In this document: positions 21,981 through 29,245 of the stretch, piece by piece | Position numbering within the stretch: position 1 is the stretch's first letter | How the letters are laid out: every line of letters starts with the position of its first letter | Source of the DNA: Craspedostauros australis | Lineage: Eukaryota | Length of the DNA stretch: 29,245 nucleotides | Direction of reading: 5' to 3' | Assembly: GCA_030167865.1 (NCBI GenBank) | Contig: JALAGF010002089.1 | Span: 62,001 to 91,245 of the forward strand | Notes under the pieces: generated by a model | What the model was told of the DNA's origin: nothing | Seen by the model: only the letters and a program-made list of their open reading frames with translations | Database searches by the model: none | Translations under genes and position numbers: made by a program

Positions 21981-22856
21981 ATGAAGCACGTCACATCCAC
22001 TATTGCAACTGCGGCCTCCGTCGCAACTATCATCGCCATCGCCGCCGTGGAACCATGCGAGGCATGGATCCTGGCAGAAGCCTCGTCAAGAAGACAGGCG
22101 CTGAGCTGGATCGCGGGAACCGGCGCCATGGTCTCCGTGGCCAAAACGGCCAACGCGGATCCGGACGGCATGAACGTGGATAACTTCCTGAAGACGGGCA
22201 TGGTCTCGCAACCCATGGGCGTGTCGGGACAGGCCGGCAAATCGAAGCCAGAAACTGGCGTCGTTCTGCGCGATGGCACAGATGTGGCCAAGGACAGCAA
22301 GAGCAACAGCGTGCTGGCCGAGCTCGTCGTCAAGTCCACGGGCTCCGAGCTGATGGCCGTCCTCACGACGTTCCAATCCAAATGGCCTCTCGCGACGGGC
22401 GCCGTGTTCGATGTCGAATGCCGCGATCCCGACACGGGCGACAGCGCCTTCCTCGCCGTCACGCCCGACACGAAGGGCAAGAACATCACGGAATTGAAGG
22501 ACTCCTTCTTTGTCAACTCCCTCTTCTCGCCGACGGGACGCTTCTCCTTCTACGGCCAACCCACGGACGTCAAGGTGAAGAAGAGCGAGGTGCGCGGCGA
22601 GTACCGCGTCATCGATGTCGGCTTCTCTACTCTGTCGCAGTCGACGCAGACGGAGATTCCACGCAAGGCGCAGGTGGTGGCCACCATTCCAAAGGGATCC
22701 ACGCAGGCCATCATGCTGGTCGGCAGCGCGTCTTCGTTGCGATGGAAGAAGGGGGCGGATCAGGTCGTGGCCTCCACCGTCGCATCCTTCCGCGCCACGC
22801 CGGCGCCAGTCGGGTCATTGAAGGTGCGGGCCAAGGAGGCCAACAACATTTTCTGA
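21981..22856 (+). CDS. Plastid thylakoid-lumen-targeted protein, probably PsbP-domain-like (291 aa)
   Basis: Signal peptide ending CEA|W, twin-arginine SRRQALSW, hydrophobic core, ANA processing site. C-terminal MLVGSASSLRWKK...VASFRA resembles the end of the PsbP fold. The CDS is firm; the family call is moderate. Confidence 0.8.
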   Translation: MKHVTSTIATAASVATIIAIAAVEPCEAWILAEASSRRQALSWIAGTGAMVSVAKTANADPDGMNVDNFLKTGMVSQPMGVSGQAGKSKPETGVVLRDGTDVAKDSKSNSVLAELVVKSTGSELMAVLTTFQSKWPLATGAVFDVECRDPDTGDSAFLAVTPDTKGKNITELKDSFFVNSLFSPTGRFSFYGQPTDVKVKKSEVRGEYRVIDVGFSTLSQSTQTEIPRKAQVVATIPKGSTQAIMLVGSASSLRWKKGADQVVASTVASFRATPAPVGSLKVRAKEANNIF

Positions 22857-24014
22857 GGAGATATGGCAGGAGAACCAGACAGAAAGAGATAGAGAGACAG
22901 CAGAACAGCAATGAGATGGGATATGTTGTGTTACCACATGTATGGTGAGCTCCAAGTCGCCATGGATGGCGCGACATGCAGATGAATGGATGAGTCGATG
23001 GGATTTGATTGCACGCCACATCCAGCCAAACATGAAAGAGAGCTCTGGAGAGCACCCCATCCTTGCGCTTGTGAAACTGTCTTGTCCACTTTCTCCTTCG
23101 ACGATGCCTCAAGTTGTGAAGAGGCAAGGAGAGATCCTCATCACATAAAGTCGATACTTCATCGAGAGGCAGCAAGCTATCAAGTGGATGAGGCCAAGAC
23201 CATCGTCAGAAGCGAATGGCGACGTCATCCACAATGCGAGTAGACACGTGCATACTCCACCACACAATACTGCACATCATGCATAATCCAAACCATGCTT
23301 TTCATTTCAGACAGTGACACCTATCCTTGTGCACCATCACAGCATGCAAATGGATACCGTCACTCTTTGAGCGCAAGCAGACGGCCACGTGGTCAGAGTT
23401 GATCGAAAGTGTCGTTCGCGTCTGCTTCTTAAGCTCTGGGCAGTAGAGGTTTGCACAGTCGGGTATCGTATGGGAGATTGGAGCATTGGGTGTGCCGATT
23501 GCTTCGCTTTGCAGATAGTAGTAGAAAGATGGTATGCATGTTGGTGCTTGCAAATGTGGTGCCGATGGGTGCAGGCCCTCGTACGTAAGCCCCAAGAACA
23601 TTTCATGTCAACACGATCCGTAGCCGTCCTCGTATGTACGATACGATTGAAGAGGTGTCATGTGTGGGAATGATTCTCACGTTACCACCCATCCTGTGCG
23701 CGCATTGGGCGTCTGCCGATGATGGAGCGGTCGAGGTTACAACCATGAGGAAGCCGTTGCAGCTGGACAACGACGATACCATGACAACAAGGCAATGTCC
23801 TGGACTCTATTGGTACGGGCAGGTGGAGATTAGACAGATGTTACATCTCGTGTGCGTGTTCAAGGTTTTCTATTTGATCTATTGCTTACTTGAGCGAACA
23901 TGGATGTCCGCATGAAGTATCAAAATGACTCATGGGGTTTTAGTTGCGGTTGCTGTCGTCATGGCAGAGCCAAAGCGAATGCTTCTGTGTGTGTGTCTCA
24001 TCCAGTCACCGTCT

Positions 24015-24572
24015 TCAGCCTCTCATGTCGACAGGCACTTCGGCCATGGCGTATTCCAGCTGGACCTCCAGCATTCCGTTGGAGCAGCACATCTTCTTGA
24101 ATCCGAGATCGCAGCACACCTTCGGCGATTCGCAGTCGAAGCTGGAGAAGCAGCTGTCTTCCGTAGTGGATTTCAGCATCTTCTTGGCGAAGCTTCCGAA
24201 TGGCGAGCTGCTCTTGTTGCTCGGCTGGTCGTCCTGTCTCACTTGCTGCTGCCGCTTCATCTGGAGATCGCGTTCCATCTGCGCCACCTGCGCTTGCAGG
24301 TCCATGAACTCAATAGGAGTGATGGGCTTCAGGCCGAACTTCTCACGCGAGGCGTTCTTCTGGTCGAAGGCCTGCTGGTTCTCTGGTGCGAGTGCGACGC
24401 CGTCGTTTGGTGACGACGAGAAGAGGTGGGTGGCGGAGCGGGATGCGGCCATCGGTTGCTGTTGCTGCAGGAAGGCATCGGCTGGGGTTGCCAGGGACAT
24501 GGCGACGATTGCCGCGGTCACAAGTGCCGATCGCATGCGTCGGCGTGGTCTCATTTGCTGTGTCTGTGTCAT
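24015..24572 (-). CDS. Plastid-targeted hypothetical protein with C-terminal six-Cys module (up to 185 aa; alternative ATGs 24554 and 24536)
   Basis: Signal peptide MRSALVTAAIVAMSLATPADA|F, S/R-rich transit peptide ending THLFSS, short coiled coil, then CFSSFDCESPKVCCDLGFKKMCC. Confidence 0.82.
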   Translation of the reverse strand: MTQTQQMRPRRRMRSALVTAAIVAMSLATPADAFLQQQQPMAASRSATHLFSSSPNDGVALAPENQQAFDQKNASREKFGLKPITPIEFMDLQAQVAQMERDLQMKRQQQVRQDDQPSNKSSSPFGSFAKKMLKSTTEDSCFSSFDCESPKVCCDLGFKKMCCSNGMLEVQLEYAMAEVPVDMRG

Positions 24573-26113
24573 CTTGCGTGAGTGTTGTGTTGTATTTGCT
24601 GTGCTTGCTGTGGGTGGTTGGATGTGGTGTTCAGTTGCTTGTCGCTTGTCGGTTGTGGGTTGTCGTTGCTGGGGTGCGTTGAGGTGTGTTGAGGTGTTTG
24701 CAGATTGCGTTTTATGATGAAGAAGAGAACGTTGAATGCTCAGACGCAGTACCGACACTGATGCCGATGCCGATGCGGATGGAAAAAGGTGATGCTGTGA
24801 TGATGCAGTCTTCGCTCGTGTCCACCAAGAACTGTCGTGGCTTGTGCCGTTTCTGTGCGGGTGTGAGTCAACCCTTCTGTGAGCATTTTCGTCTTCAGGA
24901 ATCAGAGAGAACAGCGCAACAGCGCCGGTGCTTGGCCTGTGTTTGGAGTGTGCTGCGTTGTGTTGTTCGTGGTTGCGTCACAAGCGAAGCATGTGGCCAA
25001 GATGCCCACTCGTCTCCTTGACGTTTGGCATGCACGCGTCATGCGGAAGAACATGCAAATGCCAACACGTCGCCCAGGCCGTTTCTGATTGGTCCGTTAG
25101 ATGTTCCGCGAACATCTTACCATGTGGCCGAAGAACCGCTGTCAAGAATAGAATTTGTGAGTTCAATCATCCGACGTCACCTTGACGCAGCCCCAGAACA
25201 ATCGACTCGATCGAGCACATCTAAGCGTTCCGATAGATCAAAGCAAACGCCAATCCCGAATTCTGCGACACAAACCATGCACGAATGAACTCTCACACTT
25301 TCAGGTTCGCGCGGTCGTGATCAATTTTCTTCCTTCACGCACAAGTAGCAACGCCACCACGATCCCAACAAACATGCTTGGGACATGGCCACTGGTCTGC
25401 GTCACAGAAGAGCGGAGTGGGGCACCAGTATCGCTCAACTCGTTATCATTGCAACCTTGGAGTCATGTGTGAACAGCGCAAACATCGTCATCCAGCATGG
25501 ATTGCAAATGTGGAGGAGGATCAGTTTGATGTAGAGTATCTTTGCGGGCGGTGTAGCGTATGAGACGATACGAGCTACGTCTGGGCGAAGCTGCCCTCAT
25601 GGATAGCTGACATACCTACTCATCTATTATATGAGCTGTTGCACATCAAACTTGGTGCGCCGCACAACAATCGTCGCACCAGGAAACGAGAGTTAACAAG
25701 GCGACGGAAAAGAATGTAGCAGATCAAGATGAAATGTGAACGGAAGCAGCGGCAAATGCACATTCCATCTCTTCACAGAATTTCAATCCACACATCCACA
25801 TGGGACACTCTTCCACATAGAAACACACAATGTGATCAATCGGCATCTTACCGAAGGCCCCCTTCACTTCTGTGGACCAAGGTTGCGAGGCATGCAGACA
25901 GAACCGTCCACAACAAGCAGCCTGTGGCACATAGCAAATGTGCAACAAATGCACAACAAGTCAGCGGCTATTGTGCCCAGTCCCCGAAGCTGAGCGTCTC
26001 TGTTTGGAAGATGACGTTTCTGCACCATCGCACAAGTGAATGGAACTGTAGTTTTCGGTGGATTACCTGCAACGTTCGAACTACCAAAACGGAAACTATG
26101 CTCCATACTATTG

Positions 26114-26135
26114 TATAATATTATATAATATTATA
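26114..26135. repeat. Perfect 22-bp all-AT palindrome TATAATATTATATAATATTATA
   Basis: The sequence equals its own reverse complement (checked by hand). Confidence 0.9.
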
Positions 26136-26651
26136 TTATACTCTGCTATATCTCTCCGCTGACTCGATCATCGCCCTCGTCGGCATCGGCATTCATGTCC
26201 ACATCTACACCCACATCTACATCCACTTCTGTAGCGGAACCGTTGCTAGTAGCGTTTGCACGATTCGTATGATCGCGAATGAATCAATTCGATTCTGCTT
26301 GGGTGTGGAGTTGAATGTGCGGTTGGATGTATGGTCCATAGATCATACTCTATCTGGAAGCCTGACCACAGAGCTGATGGTCGGCTTTCACAACCTCGCC
26401 GATCCGCAGCGCACTCCTCCACTGAATGTTTGGGTTTTCTATGTTTGGCTGACGAGTGCTCGGTTTGCTCCTTCCCATCACCGACGCCTCGTCCTGGCTC
26501 GCATCACGTTGGGCTGTGTGATGCAATTACATGTCTGCATCCTCGAAGAGTACATATTCCAGAGTGCTCCACTCTATGGTGCGTTCCCTTGTTCTGTGTC
26601 GTCTGCATTGATTGAACTAGCATAATAATCGCGAAGACGATGGTGGCGGTT

Positions 26652-26686
26652 ACGACGACGACGACGACAACGACGACGATGATGAT
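26652..26686. repeat. (ACG)n/(ATG)n trinucleotide microsatellite
   Basis: Seen directly. Confidence 0.85.
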
Positions 26687-27157
26687 GGGCGCAACCATGC
26701 TCCACAATTTGGCGGTTGCGGTTGCGGTACCAGTAGTCGATGGTTACGATGGACTGCTTCGGATATCACAGATCGAACACATTTATGCTGAAGACGGTTC
26801 ACGCACTTCTGCTTCTCTTCGCGTATTTTAGCTCCGGCATCGACTTCTGTGAAGAGTTAAGCTCGCGCAAAGTCAAAGCTATCGCTTGGGTGATTGTTCA
26901 ACGAGGGAGCCTCATTGTGATGACACTCGTTCTGTCTCACATTTCTCCGCAAGGTATCCACCATCACGAACGCATTTGCAGTCGCTTCACGCTGTGGCAT
27001 CATCTTATGGGTATTACATCATGAACGGTCATGATCATTCCTTTGTTCATGCTCCTTCAACAAAACAGCCCCCAACACGCCAACGATCACATGAAGCAAC
27101 GCCTGAGGACCTGAGGGAACGACCATCCCACTTGCCGAGGTGGCCTGCGACGTGCTT

Positions 27158-27188
27158 CGGGATGAATGAACGGGATGAATGAACGGGA
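27158..27188. repeat. 13-bp tandem duplication (CGGGATGAATGAA), about 2.4 copies
   Basis: Seen directly. Confidence 0.85.
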
Positions 27189-27940
27189 CGGCGATTCGGG
27201 GATGGACACGGTAGCCAAAGAGCTTGAGATTTATTGAACACTCGAACCGACAAGGGACATCCAAACATACAATTGCATACCAGTACGAATACGTTCACAT
27301 TTTGATACTCTCTGGTCTCTGCTCTTCACAGATGTGTGTGTGGGTGTGGATGAGTGTAACACGCATTGGAGGAAAGCTCCAAATTGATGCGAGCCACGAG
27401 TGGAGCACCCATCCATCAGGAAATCTCGAGAGTGGATGGCTGCACATGATGTCCACCTTCCGTCTTCTTGCGACTGCGAGTACTCCCCCGAACGCACAGA
27501 GCAATCGCCAACCAGAAGCGCGGATACCCAACCATCCGACTCTTCGTGTCAAGGCTTCCAAAAATGCAACAAGACAACAAGGCGACGAACAACATGTTAC
27601 ATTTAACACACATCTGCGTATGATGCAGTGCTTGAACGAGAATAAGACGGAGAGATGCGAAGTCGCGCTGCTATGTTTGCGAAAGTCGTCTGATCACGCA
27701 CGCTGTGAACAGATTCCGCGCACCAGATGCTCTTGCATGCGTACTTCGTTCTTCATCCTGTCGCCGATGGTTTCCCATCACGTTCTTCCCTCCGTCTTGT
27801 CAATCCGCAGCTCACAATACCGCCACGAGCACAAACGCAACCGCACAAACCAAACATAAAATCACAACAGCCCACAGCAAAAAGACAAACCACCAAGTTA
27901 CAAAGCAACACAACAGCAACGTAAGCCACATCTCAACATC

Positions 27941-29194
27941 ATGAGCATCTCCACCTCCGAATCCATTGCAGTCGCAGTCGCAGTCGCGCCATGCCATGAA
28001 GCATTTTTCATGGCCAGGCTCGCCATCCCATCCAGCGGAGCCAACCTCAGCAACATTTTGTCCGCTGACGTACTACTATCGGCGGTACCACCCGTTGGCA
28101 ATGCCATCATCAACATCAATGCGACCAACAGCACGAGTACGAGTACGCGTACCCATGACGACCAGGCTCCCATCTTCACCGAGACCATGTCATCGTCATA
28201 CTGGATGGTCAGCACAATCTTCACCATCGCCATCTGCCTCCACGCCTACCGTCATTGGCACATTCCCAAGATCACGTCAAGAACGCTGGCCATGATCAAC
28301 CTCGCAATGTGCATGACAGCGATGATCCCTTTCCTCATCTACGTCGTCACGAAGAACTCGTGGAGTGGCGGCGACCTCCCCGAGCTGCAGCGGTACCTCA
28401 TCGATCACCTCCACCTCATCCTCATGTCTCTTTGGGCTGTCGTATCCACCGCGCAGGTTCTCACCGCCATCTTCAAGGCCTACAGACTGCATTCCATCTT
28501 GGGTTGGTTCGCTTTGGACGTGCTCCTCCCAGCCATCATCGTCGAACTCCACACGAACGCTTCCTGGGTCTTCGTGTCCACCAAATCGGCCGCATTGGCA
28601 CAAGGACATCTGTTGGCGGACGCCGTCGACCCAACCATGTGGCAGACCGCCCTTTACTCCCTGCCATTCGCCGCAGCACTGCTCACGCCGACCATGATCG
28701 CCATGTTCTGGTGGTTGAGCCGCTCCAGCCTGCACGACACCAAGCGCATTCCCAGCCGCGCCGTGCGTTTCCGACTCCACATCACGTACATGACCTTGCT
28801 CATGACGACCATCTGCGGCACGGGATTCTCGCGATGGGGCTTTCGCATCGCGTTCCGTATGACGGAGTGTCCTGCTCATCATCATGACATCATCAGCATC
28901 CGCATTCAGCACCTGGCGACCACTCACGGTGCCTGCATGCTGTTGATGGTCGCGACCCTCATCTACATGACGATTCCAAAGAGCATGAGGCAGCACGGCG
29001 AGGCTGTTGCAACATCGGCATCCGAAATGTCCATCAGCACGAGGAACGCCAGCAAGGGGCTGCGACTTTCATTCTACGCGTTCCTGATGCACGGACTTTT
29101 GCAACTCATCGCAACGCAAGCGATGGACTTTCCATTCGCATTTAAGTGCGATATGCCAGCCATCGACGCCTTCATCTCGCAACATGGGCTGTAG
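27941..29194 (+). CDS. Multi-pass membrane protein (about 8 TM), DUF2306-like His pattern (417 aa)
   Basis: Intronless ORF with C-ending codon bias after an A/C-rich leader; many hydrophobic helices; HLILMSLW...AQVL...RLHSILGW and RLHITYM...GFSR motifs. The start could be a later ATG. Confidence 0.82.
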   Translation: MSISTSESIAVAVAVAPCHEAFFMARLAIPSSGANLSNILSADVLLSAVPPVGNAIININATNSTSTSTRTHDDQAPIFTETMSSSYWMVSTIFTIAICLHAYRHWHIPKITSRTLAMINLAMCMTAMIPFLIYVVTKNSWSGGDLPELQRYLIDHLHLILMSLWAVVSTAQVLTAIFKAYRLHSILGWFALDVLLPAIIVELHTNASWVFVSTKSAALAQGHLLADAVDPTMWQTALYSLPFAAALLTPTMIAMFWWLSRSSLHDTKRIPSRAVRFRLHITYMTLLMTTICGTGFSRWGFRIAFRMTECPAHHHDIISIRIQHLATTHGACMLLMVATLIYMTIPKSMRQHGEAVATSASEMSISTRNASKGLRLSFYAFLMHGLLQLIATQAMDFPFAFKCDMPAIDAFISQHGL

Positions 29195-29245
29195 AGCCGA
29201 TGAATGCAACGCAAGAGTGAGAGCTGCTCTGCTCTACTCGACTGT

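Noticed and set aside
24006-24017. TGA after a Cys-rich protein as possible selenocysteine readthrough
   Set aside because: A second in-frame TGA follows after only two sense codons, and no SECIS is recognisable.
25019-25180. TGACGT (aureochrome-type bZIP) hexamers upstream of the plastid-targeted gene
   Set aside because: Two hexamers in several hundred bp cannot be distinguished from chance.
24760-27940. Transposon in the long intergenic interval, including the 211-aa ORF 27224-27859
   Set aside because: No terminal repeats, target-site duplications, or transposase/reverse-transcriptase motifs seen.

Overview
Eukaryotic nuclear DNA, most likely from a diatom (inferred from GT-AG introns, two signal-peptide plus AxA|F/W bipartite plastid presequences, and RXL motifs; species not determinable). 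Ten protein-coding genes are supported, four of them spliced: (1) CRC/tesmin-TSO1 (LIN54-like) DNA-binding protein, minus strand, running off the left edge; (2) type I membrane class-3 lipase with five Cys-rich repeats; (3) signal peptide/coiled-coil/C-terminal TM protein with a KxKxx ER-retrieval signal; (4) DHX37/Dhr1-like DEAH-family RNA helicase; (5) mucin-like PT-repeat/SEA-like/TM/PDZ surface protein; (6) low-complexity polyQ orphan; (7) PITH-domain protein; (8) thylakoid-lumen-targeted, probably PsbP-like protein; (9) plastid-targeted protein with a six-Cys C-terminal module; (10) multi-pass membrane protein resembling DUF2306. I saw no tRNA, rRNA, CRISPR array or transposon. The best leads are the dystroglycan/MUC1-like mucin-SEA-TM-PDZ protein and the membrane-tethered lipase with Cys-rich repeats. 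All domain calls come from motif reading by eye, with no database search.
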